From positions 1-32,000 of the forward strand of contig NZ_PQWO01000006.1 of NCBI RefSeq assembly GCF_003231495.1: a DNA stretch of 32,000 nt, in the 5' to 3' direction. The stretch is from Acaryochloris thomasi RCC1774. Lineage in GTDB: Bacteria; Cyanobacteriota; Cyanobacteriia; Thermosynechococcales; Thermosynechococcaceae. The position numbers were made by a program, and so were the translations under genes. Of the stretch, positions 6,789 to 15,820 are shown piece by piece. The first letter of the stretch is position 1, and each line of letters begins with the position of its first letter. The notes under the pieces are model-generated. The model was given only the letters and a program-made list of their open reading frames with translations. It searched no databases and had not been told where the DNA came from.

Positions 6789-8281
6789 CTTTTCCCACAA
6801 GATTGCTGGCCATGCTGATGGTGCCCGCTGCAGTGGTCTGTACACAGCAGGCAATGGCCCTGAGTCCGGCAGAAATCAACGCCATTGCGAAAGGCGCGAC
6901 AGTCCGCCTTGAGGGCAAAGCCTCGGGTTCGGGCGTCATCATTAAGCGGACCGGCGACGTTTACACAGCTTTGACCGTTGCCCATTTGTTCGCGTCACAG
7001 AAAAACATCACCGTTGTGACCTCCAGCGGCCAATCTCGCACCGTTTCTCCCAGCGCCATTCGACTGCTGCCGGGGCTGGACCTAGCGATTTTTCAGTTCG
7101 CTAGCTCTCAGGACTACCCAGTAGCAAAGCTGGGCAATTCGGATCAGATTAAGGGCAAGGTTTATGTCGCGGGCTACCCACTTCCGACAGCGGCACTGAA
7201 CGAGAGCTTCTACAACCTAACCACTGGAACCGTCACGGCAAAGGCACTGCGCGCCCTTGAAAATGGCTACGCGCTGCTCTACTCCAACACAACGCTGCCA
7301 GGTATGAACGGTGGTCCTGTCTTAGACAGTGAAGGGCGGCTGGTCGCCATTCACGGGCTAACCGACACGCCTGAACCGATTCAGAAGCAAAGCATTAACC
7401 CGCAGATCTATACCCACACAGGCTTCAACCTGGGGATTCCCATTAACGTTTTTTCGAGCCGGATCTCAAAAGCGGGCCTTAACTTGAATCCTTTGCCGAA
7501 AGAGCAGCCTAGCTCACCGCCCACTGCCGATGATTACTACGTGCGGGGAGGTGCCTTTTTACAGCGGGGTGATTACAAGCAGGCGCTGGCGGACTACGAC
7601 CAAGCGCTTCAACTGCGCCCCAACTTCGCTGAAGCTTACAGCAATCGTCAAAAAATCTACTTTTGGCAGGGGAATTATCAGCGAGCTGTTGCAGACGGCG
7701 ATCGGGCAGTTCAGCTCAATCCGAATTTGGACACGGCCTATATTTTTCGTGGTTTTGCCCAGGCGAAACTGGGTAACATTCAGGGGCAGCTTGCCGACCT
7801 CGACCAAGCGGTGACCCGCGCCCCCAAGTCGGCTGCAGCCTACAGCTACCGCAGCTATGCCCACTATCTACGGAGCAACTATCCGCTGGCGCTAGCGGAT
7901 GCCGAACGCGCGGTGAAGCTAGATGCCCAGTCTTCTTGGGCCTATGCGGTGCGAGGGATTGTCCAATCCAAGTTGGGTAGAAAACAAGAGGCTTTAGATG
8001 ACGGCAGCAGCGCTATTCAGTTTGATCCCGGTGCCGTGGATGGATGGTTTGCCCGCGCGATTATTGCTCTGAACCTCAATGACTATCAGAATGCGCTGAG
8101 CTCTGTTGATCAGGCTATCAAGCTCAACCCTAATTTCGCCGATGCCTACGTAACGCGTGCTGAGGCCCATTGGCGGATGGGGAATCGGCAGGATGCGATC
8201 GCAAATTTAGATAAAGCAATTGCCCTAGACCCCAACAATGTCAACACTAAGAGAGTGCGTCGATCCTTAGGAAGCTCCTAG
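6785..8281 (+). CDS. Secreted trypsin-like domain lacking the nucleophile (Ser->Asn), fused to about 7 TPR repeats
   Basis: Signal peptide present. TALTVAHLF and LDLAIFQF are retained, but the active-site box reads GMNGGPVLD (AAC 7307-7309). The C-terminal half has repeated 34-aa TPR units (AEAYSNRQKIY..., DTAYIFRGFAQ..., ADAYVTRAEAH...). The start overlaps the upstream stop (ATGA, 6785-6788). Confidence 0.85.
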   Translation: MTFPTRLLAMLMVPAAVVCTQQAMALSPAEINAIAKGATVRLEGKASGSGVIIKRTGDVYTALTVAHLFASQKNITVVTSSGQSRTVSPSAIRLLPGLDLAIFQFASSQDYPVAKLGNSDQIKGKVYVAGYPLPTAALNESFYNLTTGTVTAKALRALENGYALLYSNTTLPGMNGGPVLDSEGRLVAIHGLTDTPEPIQKQSINPQIYTHTGFNLGIPINVFSSRISKAGLNLNPLPKEQPSSPPTADDYYVRGGAFLQRGDYKQALADYDQALQLRPNFAEAYSNRQKIYFWQGNYQRAVADGDRAVQLNPNLDTAYIFRGFAQAKLGNIQGQLADLDQAVTRAPKSAAAYSYRSYAHYLRSNYPLALADAERAVKLDAQSSWAYAVRGIVQSKLGRKQEALDDGSSAIQFDPGAVDGWFARAIIALNLNDYQNALSSVDQAIKLNPNFADAYVTRAEAHWRMGNRQDAIANLDKAIALDPNNVNTKRVRRSLGSS

Positions 8282-8335
8282 GCTTGAACAGAAGCGTTCT
8301 TAGGCCGCTGCGATAGGCCCACTCTTCCCGTCGCT

Positions 8336-9603
8336 CTAACCCAAAAACTTCTCAAAAACTTTGTCTGTGAGCCATTGGGCACCCGCTTTAATTTTGTAGC
8401 CCGGTAGCGGCAGCAAACTCAGATAGGTTGCTTCTCGAACCAAATGTCCGACGCGCCCCTTGACCTCAATCGGGCCAAAAATTTCTGCTGCGCTCTCGCC
8501 CATCCCTAATTTCAGGAGCGTTCCTCGCAAAGAAACATCAGCAGGACTCAAGGATTTATCCTCAATGAGAGCCGCAATGTTATCGGCAATGTCTCTGCCT
8601 TGCTGATAGGCAACCTGAGCGGTATTGGGCTGTGGATTTTCAGGATCGACGGTACAGTCTCCAGCCGCAAACACGTCGGGATAGTCCGGGAGCTGGAGGG
8701 TTGGCAAGACTTTAAGCCGCCCGTTGCGATGGTCTCCGACCGGCCTTCGGCCATCGCGATTTTCTTCCGCAATATTTAGCCCTGAGACGAGAGGATTAAC
8801 CAAAGTTCCCGCTGTCCAGACAACAGTGGAAGCCTCCAGTCGATGCTACTGATCGCCAACCTTGTATATCACCTCGCCCGGTTCTACTGCGGTCACGGTT
8901 GCATTCTATGTATAAATTAACGGACCGCTCCTTCAACGCGGCACAAGCCGTTTCTCTCAGCTTTTCATTGCCTACACCTGCAAGAGTTTCGTCGCCCCTC
9001 TGCAGCACCAGAATATTTAGCTCTATTGGGTTGCCCCCCAGCGGCATACCATGTCGGCGGTAGGTCAGCCAGGGTACTTGCCAACTCCACCCCAGACGGA
9101 CCGGCACCAATGATAGCAATCGTGAGATGCTTTTGCTTTTGCGGCTCGATCTGAGTTTGATAGGCAATCTGTAGCGTTTTGCGGAGGTGTTTCCCCAGTG
9201 CGATCGCATCGTCTCCGATACGGAATGAGAAAGTATGCTCACGCGCGCCGGGAACCTGGAGATACCCCATTGTTGACCCAAGCACCAAGACAAGCTAGCG
9301 GTAGTTAAACGTCAATCCCGTCTCAGTTTTGACTTGTCGCTGCTCTAAATCAATAGAGCTAACCTCATCGAGAATAAATGCAATATCTCAGTCGGCCAGC
9401 AGTTCATCATAGTGAGGCCAAGTCAGCTCAAGATTGCGCTCGCTGGTCAGCAACTCATACTGCATTGGCTTGAAAAGGAATCGTCAACTGCGATCTATCA
9501 GTTTTCTCGGGCAGTCACAGGACAGCCGATGCAAATGGAGTGCGGTGAATAGCCCCGAAAAGCCGCCGCCGAGAATTATAATTTCGTGGTTGAGATCAGC
9601 CAT
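8336..9603 (-). pseudogene. Type-II NADH dehydrogenase (NDH-2, pyridine-nucleotide disulfide oxidoreductase) pseudogene
   Basis: It starts MADLNHEIIILGGGFSGLFTAL (ATG at 9603) and contains a second dinucleotide fold IAIIGAGPSGVELA and the C-terminal DVFAAGDC. At least 4 in-frame stops occur (DRS*RFLF, LLAD*DIAF, NYR*LVLVLGS, GDQ*HRLEAS). At least 2 frame changes occur, near about 9050 and about 8900. Total length is about 422 codons, which is normal for NDH-2. Confidence 0.85.
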
Positions 9604-9759
9604 GCCTTCACTTTGATTTATTACTTTTTTTCAATTCACAATTTTCTGCAGACAGAAGTGCTGTCAAACAGTCTCAAGGCAAAGCCAAGTCATTAAGTAC
9701 GAAATCAAGGACCGCAACATCGCTCCCCAGATCGCAGGACAGCTCAACAACCTGCCCCT

Positions 9760-9788
9760 AAAAAAATGGACCTGCAGTGAGCAGATCC
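9760..9788 (-). terminator. Rho-independent terminator of the acidic-protein gene
   Basis: On the minus strand, GGATCTGC-TCACT-GCAGGTCC forms an 8-bp stem with one G-U pair, followed by ATTTTTTT. It starts 10 nt after the stop codon (9798-9800). Confidence 0.65.
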
Positions 9789-9797
9789 GTTTACGAC

Positions 9798-10232
9798 CTA
9801 AAAGAGATCTTTGAAGAATTGGTTAGTGTCATCAGCCGCCTCACCAATTGCATCTCCGGTATCACTAGCGGCGGACTCAGTGGCGTCTACGGCATCATCC
9901 ACGGCCTCTCCTGTTGCTTCAGCACCGTCTTCGATGCCTTCTCCCGTATCTTCAGCCACATCTTCTGCGGTGTCGGCTGTCGCTTCAGCCCCTGTATCAA
10001 CACCGTCTCCAACATCATCTGCTGCCTCTTCTGCGTCTTCCTCGGCTTTGTCCAGTCCAGCCCAGAGGCGAGTGAAGCGGGTATCTAATTGAGTAGATGC
10101 TTGTCTTAGCTCCGCTTCAGATTCTATCGGTGCATTAACTTTCGCATAACCTGCCTCACTTAACGTCAGGGAAGCAAGGCCAATTACCAACGTAGTGGTA
10201 GCTGCTTGAGCCATTTTGGGGATAAGTTGCAT
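9798..10232 (-). CDS. Secreted, extremely acidic low-complexity protein (D/E/A/G/T-rich), unknown function
   Basis: MQLIPKMAQAATTTLVIGLASLTLSEAGYA looks like a signal peptide. GAGG lies 7 nt upstream of ATG 10232 (the track ORF extends to 10268). The mature part is dominated by D, E, A, G and T (AEEDAEEAADDVGDGVDTGAEATADTAEDVAEDTGEGIEDGAEATGEAVDDAVDATESAASDTGDAIGEAADD). Confidence 0.6.
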   Translation of the reverse strand: MQLIPKMAQAATTTLVIGLASLTLSEAGYAKVNAPIESEAELRQASTQLDTRFTRLWAGLDKAEEDAEEAADDVGDGVDTGAEATADTAEDVAEDTGEGIEDGAEATGEAVDDAVDATESAASDTGDAIGEAADDTNQFFKDLF

Positions 10233-10321
10233 AGAGCGAACCTCTGTTTGATCTTTAGGCTGGGTCAAAAACCCGTACCATTCTAAGCTTAATGTTTATT
10301 CATATTTATCAGCATCTTCAT

Positions 10322-10357
10322 AAAGATAGAGACAAAAAGTCCAGGATCTCTATCTTT
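10322..10357. promoter_or_regulatory. Perfect 11-bp inverted repeat (AAAGATAGAGA-N14-TCTCTATCTTT) between the AraC gene end and the acidic-protein gene start
   Basis: Read directly: 10322-10332 is the reverse complement of 10347-10357. It lies about 90 nt upstream of ATG 10232 and about 140 nt downstream of the AraC stop. It could be an operator or a terminator hairpin; function unknown. Confidence 0.45.
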
Positions 10358-10496
10358 GAGTAGAGCAGGGAAGCAAATAGTGGCAGAGTGACCTTGTTAT
10401 TAGCATTGTTTGCCTCTTCAGTTCCCGCCGTCATGCACGGTCTCTACTGCGGGGCTTCCTTGCTTGGAAGCTGCTGCTTCAACCCAAGCAGAAAAA

Positions 10497-11345
10497 CTAA
10501 CGAGCTTGGTGCCGATAGTAGCTTGGTGTCACTCCCACCTGCTGACGGAAGTGCCGGGAAAAATGACTTTGATTAGCAAAGCCGCTAGTTAGAGCAACCT
10601 CCACTAACGACAGCTCCGGATCCCGAAGAAGCTGTTTTGCCTTCTTGATACGCTGTTGCAAAATATATCGATAAGGGCTGGTGCCAACAGACTGCTTGAA
10701 CAGTCGGCAGAAATGATAACGGCTTAGATTAGACGTCATTGCCAGATCATCCAGTCGAATAGACTCCTGCAGGTGAGCCTCAATATAGTCTCGCACTCGC
10801 GTTAACTTGAAAGCCGATAGTCCAGAAGGCTTAAATTGCTGAGCTGATGGTTGCCAAGAGTATCGCTTGAGCAGATGGTTCGAGAGCGCATGGAGCAATG
10901 ATTCAGCATAGAATCGATCTCCCTCTTCTGAATCCGCTTTCGTTAGCGTTGTACTGATAGCTTGAATCAGCGAATCTGACTGGAGTACTACAGGTTTGAG
11001 AGAATGATTGGCTGTCCGCTCACCGCTTTGATCAACAAATTCAGGCCGCAGATACAGGATGATAAATTCGGACGGCTCATCAACGACTGCGGAATGCATT
11101 ACACGCGCAGGTGTGATTGCGATACTACCTGCCGGTAATCGCTGCATTTGGTTATAGCCATTGGAAGGCATGTTGAGCCAAGTACTGCCGCCCAAGGAAA
11201 TAAACAGAGCGTGACTGGCATGATCATGCTCAGGAATCGTTTTCGCTAAACAATTAGATTGGTAGCGAAGTGATCCAATGCCTGACCATGTTTGCTTTCG
11301 TAAGCTGGGGGAACGCAGTGGGGTCTGACGAGCGTTTGTCTTCAA
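10497..11345 (-). CDS. AraC-family transcriptional regulator (cupin-like N-terminus plus HTH)
   Basis: The C-terminal tandem HTH, ...LSRYHFCRLFKQSVGTSPYRYILQQRIKKAKQLL...GFANQSHFSRHFRQQVGVTPSYYR, is the AraC/XylS signature. The gene is divergent from an MFS gene. Confidence 0.9.
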   Translation of the reverse strand: MKTNARQTPLRSPSLRKQTWSGIGSLRYQSNCLAKTIPEHDHASHALFISLGGSTWLNMPSNGYNQMQRLPAGSIAITPARVMHSAVVDEPSEFIILYLRPEFVDQSGERTANHSLKPVVLQSDSLIQAISTTLTKADSEEGDRFYAESLLHALSNHLLKRYSWQPSAQQFKPSGLSAFKLTRVRDYIEAHLQESIRLDDLAMTSNLSRYHFCRLFKQSVGTSPYRYILQQRIKKAKQLLRDPELSLVEVALTSGFANQSHFSRHFRQQVGVTPSYYRHQAR

Positions 11346-11624
11346 TCACACACCTCCTGAGGCTAATGTCGTCATAGTAAATCAAAGTTCTGGGTCTAGG
11401 GGGCAAGGATTACCGTACGTTATCAGCCTAGCTTTGGCCTATTTATTCTAAATGAAAGGTTTCTGAAGGATTGCCAGTGAACACAGGAGTATTGCCCATC
11501 GAACTCGCAATGGCAAGATTGTGAAAAATGCCACAAGAACGGACAAGACGGATAAACAAGGTGCAGGGTAGTGTCTATTTGACCGTGTGCGATCATCTTC
11601 GGTTGGCCTCAGGCCATCGCAACT

Positions 11625-12815
11625 ATGCCCAACGCTTGGCTCGTCAAAATTACGCTACTGCTGGCAAGTACCCTGACGGTAATGTCTGGGGCAACCATCG
11701 CGCCTTCCCTACCGGCGATGCAGGACTATTTTGCGGAGGTCTCGAATGCAGACTTCTGGGTCAAGCTGGTCTTGACAATTCCGGCCTTATTTATCGTAAT
11801 CGGCTCTCCCATAGCTGGACAGCTCGTCGATGTTATCGGTCGCAAGCCGTTGCTGATTGGCTCTGCCCTTATCTATGGCTTTGCCGGTGGCTCAGGCTAT
11901 GTTCTTGATTCTCTGTTTGCCATTCTAGGCGGACGTGCTTTATTGGGCCTTGCCGTGGCGGGAATTATGGTCAGCGCCACCACCTTAATTGCTGATTACT
12001 TTAGCGGTGACCAGCGTGCCAATTTTATGGGTTTGCAGGCTGCCTTCATGGGATTTGGTGGAGTGCTGTTTCTCTCGGTAGGTGGCTTCATAGCCGATCT
12101 CAACTGGCGACTGCCGTTCTTGATCTATTTGTTTGCGTGGCTATTGTTGCCCCTAATGGTACGGGTTCTCTATGAGCCTGAGAGGATTCCTGCTGCCAGT
12201 GATCAGGGTGGACAGGCCAACGTTTCCTCCCTGCCAGTCAGGTTGCTGGTTTTAATCTATGCATCGGCGCTGTTGATGCAGGTGGTCTTTTATTTGATTC
12301 CGACACAGCTTCCGTTTTATCTAAAGCAGATTGCGGGAGCAGATGCGGCTCGGAGCGGACTTGCGATCGCACTGTCTACTCTCTTTAGCGCCATCGCCTC
12401 CCTCAACTACGGCAAAATTAAGCAGCGCTTCAGCTTCATCACTATTCTGGCTCTAGCCTTTAGTCTCATGGGTTTAGGCTATATCGGGATTGGCCTCGTT
12501 GGTACTTACGGGTCAGTTCTGCTAGTGCTGGTCCCGGCAGGCTTAGGTTTAGGGCTATTGATGCCCAACCTCAATGTCTGGACCTCCAAAGAAGCCCCCG
12601 ATCATCTACGCGGACGCGCCTTAGGCGGACTCACAACCTTCTTTTTCCTCGGTCAGTTTCTGTCCCCCATTGTTTCTCAGCCCGTTAGTCAAAGCATGGG
12701 CTTGACGAAAACCTACGGACTATCGGGTCTGCTACTGGTTGTTACTGGTGCAGTTTTATGGATCTCAAAAAAACAGATTTGCCGCTTCGTCGCCAGTGCG
12801 GCTGGCCAGTCATGA
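11625..12815 (+). CDS. MFS transporter
   Basis: 396-aa polytopic protein. MFS motif A is present in GQLVDVIGRKPLL. Confidence 0.85.
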   Translation: MPNAWLVKITLLLASTLTVMSGATIAPSLPAMQDYFAEVSNADFWVKLVLTIPALFIVIGSPIAGQLVDVIGRKPLLIGSALIYGFAGGSGYVLDSLFAILGGRALLGLAVAGIMVSATTLIADYFSGDQRANFMGLQAAFMGFGGVLFLSVGGFIADLNWRLPFLIYLFAWLLLPLMVRVLYEPERIPAASDQGGQANVSSLPVRLLVLIYASALLMQVVFYLIPTQLPFYLKQIAGADAARSGLAIALSTLFSAIASLNYGKIKQRFSFITILALAFSLMGLGYIGIGLVGTYGSVLLVLVPAGLGLGLLMPNLNVWTSKEAPDHLRGRALGGLTTFFFLGQFLSPIVSQPVSQSMGLTKTYGLSGLLLVVTGAVLWISKKQICRFVASAAGQS

Positions 12816-12870
12816 GACTCAGTTTTCATGACTGGCCTCAGCTTTCAATTCACATTCAAAGGAGAGCCCA

Positions 12871-13107
12871 ATGACTGAACCAACTATTGCTGCTAAAAAG
12901 CCTGCTGTCTTGACCCTCGAACCCGGCACCTATGCATGGTGTACCTGTGGTTTATCTGAAAATCAACCCTTCTGTAACGGTTCCCATCAGGGAACAGACT
13001 TCACACCCATGACCTTTGAACTTGATGAGGAAAAACAAGTCGCGCTGTGTCAGTGCAAGTACACCGAGAACCCTCCTTACTGTGACGGCAGCCACGCAAA
13101 GCTCTAA
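12871..13107 (+). CDS. CDGSH-type iron-sulfur domain protein (two CDGSH motifs)
   Basis: CTCGLSENQPFCNGSH and CQCKYTENPPYCDGSH. AGGAG lies upstream of the ATG. Confidence 0.9.
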   Translation: MTEPTIAAKKPAVLTLEPGTYAWCTCGLSENQPFCNGSHQGTDFTPMTFELDEEKQVALCQCKYTENPPYCDGSHAKL

Positions 13108-13338
13108 TCATGCTGCAGTTGCGAAGCAATCTAAAGAGCCCCCAAGCTCACAGTGCTAGAAGGCTTTAATCCGTCATTGTTGACTGAGTAAAAGTCAATC
13201 AGATTTTGAAGCTAAATCAAAAATGTATGCCCCCCAGCCCTACAGAATTAAGGGGCCAGGGGGGGGCCTAATGCAGAATTAATTGCAATTTCTCAGGAAG
13301 CCTCAAGACCCAGCATTAGAAAACTAACGAAAATAACG

Positions 13339-14088
13339 ATGATCCCGCAAAAACACACCGGCAAAGTAGCTGTCGTAACCGGCGCATCTTCAGGGATGGG
13401 TCAAGAATTCGCCCGACGTTTGGCAAACGAGGGAGCCGACTTAGTTCTAGCGTCAAGACATCCTGCCACCGAAACAGAGCAAATGGTTAAAGAGGCTGGA
13501 CGCAAGGCCGTTACTCAATCCTGTGACGTAACCTCTGCTGACGATGTCCAGGCCCTAGCAGAAGCAACTCAATCTCAGTTTGGACGCTGCGATATTTTAG
13601 TCAACAATGCTGGGATTTATCCGTTCCAGCCCTTTGCTGAAATGAGTTTTGAAGACTGGCGCAAAGTTTTCTCCGTCAATCTCGATGCTCTATTTTTTAC
13701 CTGCCAAGCCTTTCTTCCGATGCTGAAACAGCATGGCTGGGGAAGAATTATCAATGTTTCATCCACCGTTTGCTGGTCCGTTGCCCCCAACGTCACGCAC
13801 TACACCGCCGCCAAAATGGGAGTGATTGGATTCACCCGCGCCCTAGCCACTGAAGTTGCCGATGCCGGAATAACAGTCAATGCCGTCGCTCCAGGCTTAG
13901 TTCGCACAGGGACGACAGAGAGCGGTGAACAGTCAGAAATGTTCGACATGGTGAAGCAGATGCAGGCGATCCATCGCACTGCGGAAACGGATGATGTTGC
14001 TAGCGTTGTTTCTTTCTTAGCATCTGAAGATTCTCGCTTTATGACAGGTCAAACCTTATCCGTTGATGGAGGGCTAACGCGATTTTGA
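13339..14088 (+). CDS. Short-chain dehydrogenase/reductase (FabG-like SDR)
   Basis: TGASSGMG (TGxxxGxG), NNAG, YTAAK (YxxxK), and the C-terminal FLASEDSRFMTGQTLSVDGG. Confidence 0.9.
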   Translation: MIPQKHTGKVAVVTGASSGMGQEFARRLANEGADLVLASRHPATETEQMVKEAGRKAVTQSCDVTSADDVQALAEATQSQFGRCDILVNNAGIYPFQPFAEMSFEDWRKVFSVNLDALFFTCQAFLPMLKQHGWGRIINVSSTVCWSVAPNVTHYTAAKMGVIGFTRALATEVADAGITVNAVAPGLVRTGTTESGEQSEMFDMVKQMQAIHRTAETDDVASVVSFLASEDSRFMTGQTLSVDGGLTRF

Positions 14089-14201
14089 GCCAAGCTTCCA
14101 TTCATCAATCCAGTTGAAAAGTGGCAAGACAAACGACAGAGAGCCGGAGTGTGGACCTCCTGAGACCATGCTCAGCAGATGATTTCTTCGCTTCAATTCG
14201 A

Positions 14202-14237
14202 CGAGGCTGTGCCTCGATAAGCTGTTCGGCTTTTTTC
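14202..14237 (+). terminator. Possible terminator downstream of the SDR gene
   Basis: CGAGGC-TGT-GCCTCG hairpin (14202-14216), then a short AAGC/GCTT hairpin and a T6 run (14231-14236). The structure is weak. Confidence 0.3.
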
Positions 14238-14315
14238 TCTTCTCCCGGTATTAGCAGAAGGTGAAGGCAACAAGCCAAAGGACATACAACACAAAAATTT
14301 CAGAGGAACCTATAG

Positions 14316-15224
14316 ATGACAACGGAATCCAAGACAACTGGGAAGAAAGTTCTTCTCATCGGTGGAACTGGGGATTTGGGAGGAATGATTGCGCAGGCTT
14401 TGTTAGAGCGTGGCGCATCGTTGAGACTTTATGTTCGCCCCGGTAGCCGTTCCAAGCTGCCGTCTGATCTGGAAGAGGCTGTAGAGATCGCGGAAGACGA
14501 GTCCCAAGCATGTACGGGTATGGATGTTGTCATTTCGGCGATTCAGGGTGGCCCGGATGTCATTGTTGACAAACAACTTGAGTTTTTGGCTACAGCAAAA
14601 GAGGCAGGGGTGAAGCGGTTTATCCCATCCGACTTCAGTTTTGATTTGTTCAAGCTAGAAGAGGGAGAAAACATCAATTCTGACTGGCGGTGCGAATTTG
14701 CTCACCGTGCGGAAACGGAGCGTGGAGCAGTCGCAATTAACCACATTCTGAACGGCTGCTTTCTTGATCGAGGCGTACTGTTTGGATTCCTGGGCGCATT
14801 TGATCTAGAGAAAAATGAAGCCTATCTCTGGGGAGACGGGAATACAAAAATGGATTTCACCACCTATGCGGATACAGCAGCCTATACCGCTGCAGTGGCC
14901 CTGTCCGACGAAGTTTTGCCGAACCAGTGCAAATTTGCAGGAGAGTCTCTGACTTTTCATGAATTACTCAAAGAAGTCTCCGACGGCCTCGGACGACCCA
15001 TCTCTATCCAACAAATGGGAACGCTAGCCGATCTGGATACAGAAATTGCTAATCGTCAGAAATCGGAGCCAGACAACACCTTTGCGTGGCTACCGCTGAT
15101 GTACTGGCGCGCCATGTTGAATGGCAAAGGCAAGCTGGAACCGCTGATGAACTCACACTATCCGTCGATTCAGCCGATGACGGTTCAGGACTATACCCAC
15201 AAGATGACTGTTGGCCAGGATTAA
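14316..15224 (+). CDS. NmrA-family NAD(P)-binding protein (isoflavone-reductase-like)
   Basis: N-terminal Rossmann motif KVLLIGGTGDLGG. The length and the RFIPSDF motif are typical of the NmrA/PCBER-like family. Confidence 0.8.
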   Translation: MTTESKTTGKKVLLIGGTGDLGGMIAQALLERGASLRLYVRPGSRSKLPSDLEEAVEIAEDESQACTGMDVVISAIQGGPDVIVDKQLEFLATAKEAGVKRFIPSDFSFDLFKLEEGENINSDWRCEFAHRAETERGAVAINHILNGCFLDRGVLFGFLGAFDLEKNEAYLWGDGNTKMDFTTYADTAAYTAAVALSDEVLPNQCKFAGESLTFHELLKEVSDGLGRPISIQQMGTLADLDTEIANRQKSEPDNTFAWLPLMYWRAMLNGKGKLEPLMNSHYPSIQPMTVQDYTHKMTVGQD

Positions 15225-15236
15225 AGGTACGTCATT

Positions 15237-15480
15237 ATGACCAAACTATTTGCCGTCATCGTCAATACTGTTCCAGAGTATTACAGCTATAAAGAGGAGC
15301 ATCCTGAACATGAACCGGAGCAGGAAAGTGGTTCCGGCAGCAGTATGAGAATGGAACGTTGCTATGCTGCGGCCCATTTATGCCACCAGATGGAACAGGA
15401 CTCTGGATCTTGAGAGCGGAGAGTCTGGAGGACGCTCAGCAAATTGCGAATACTAGCCCTCGCGCCCGAGATGGGCTGCT
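15237..15480 (+). pseudogene. YciI-like protein gene, frameshifted and 3'-truncated
   Basis: It starts MTKLFAVIVNTVPEYYSYKEEHPEH in frame 0. The family-like core KWFRQQYENGTLLCCGPFMPPDGTGLWILRAESLEDAQQIANTSPRARDGLLA continues in another frame from about 15314. Homology stops at about 15480, where a different gene fragment begins. Confidence 0.55.
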
Positions 15481-15482
15481 AG

Positions 15483-15662
15483 CGGATTCAGGACGAAACG
15501 ATTGAACGGTTTGCTACGGACGCCAGCTATGAGGTTGTGGACCGCTTTAGCCACTGGGTCTCAGAGGATCGCCCCATTTACATTGCCGAGAAGATCGCTG
15601 ATTTTTTTTGCATCGTAGTCAGTGCTTCAATGCACGTCAGTTTTAGATGCCAACTGTTTTAA
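15483..15662 (+). pseudogene. C-terminal fragment of an alpha/beta-hydrolase
   Basis: RIQDETIERFATDASYEVVDRFSHWVSEDRPIYIAEKIADFF resembles the C-terminal end of alpha/beta-fold hydrolases (catalytic His in GHW-type context, then E.P..v...i..Fl). There is no start codon or upstream domain. Confidence 0.5.
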
Positions 15663-15679
15663 CAGAATCAGGAGAAGTG

Positions 15680-15820
15680 ATGAAGTCACTAGAGGGAAAA
15701 GTTGCCATTGTCACTGGCTCATCTAAGGGCATTGGGCGTGCGATCGCAACTCAACTTTCTCAAGATGGGGCTGCTGTTGTCATCAACTATGCCCACAGCG
15801 CGGAATTGTCCACAAAATAA
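15680..15820 (+). pseudogene. N-terminal fragment of an SDR (first ~42 codons), retaining its RBS
   Basis: GGAGAAG lies upstream of ATG 15680. [42 protein letters not shown] carries the TGxxxGxG motif. SDR homology ends at about 15806 and the ORF stops 4 codons later (TAA 15818-15820). Confidence 0.75.

Noticed and set aside
8548-9293. Several separate minus-strand ORFs in the track (74, 165 and 107 aa)
   Set aside because: They are alternative frames of a single decayed NDH-2 gene, not independent genes.
9777-10092. Two plus-strand ORFs (103 and 93 aa) overlapping the acidic-protein gene
   Set aside because: They are antisense shadows of a low-complexity GAN/GCN-rich coding region. Their products are Ser/Ala/Cys-rich nonsense. 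The minus-strand gene has a signal peptide, an RBS and a terminator.
11528-11908. 126-aa plus-strand ORF upstream of and overlapping the MFS gene
   Set aside because: It is out of frame with a convincing MFS transporter and has an Arg/Cys/Trp-rich composition typical of an off-frame read.
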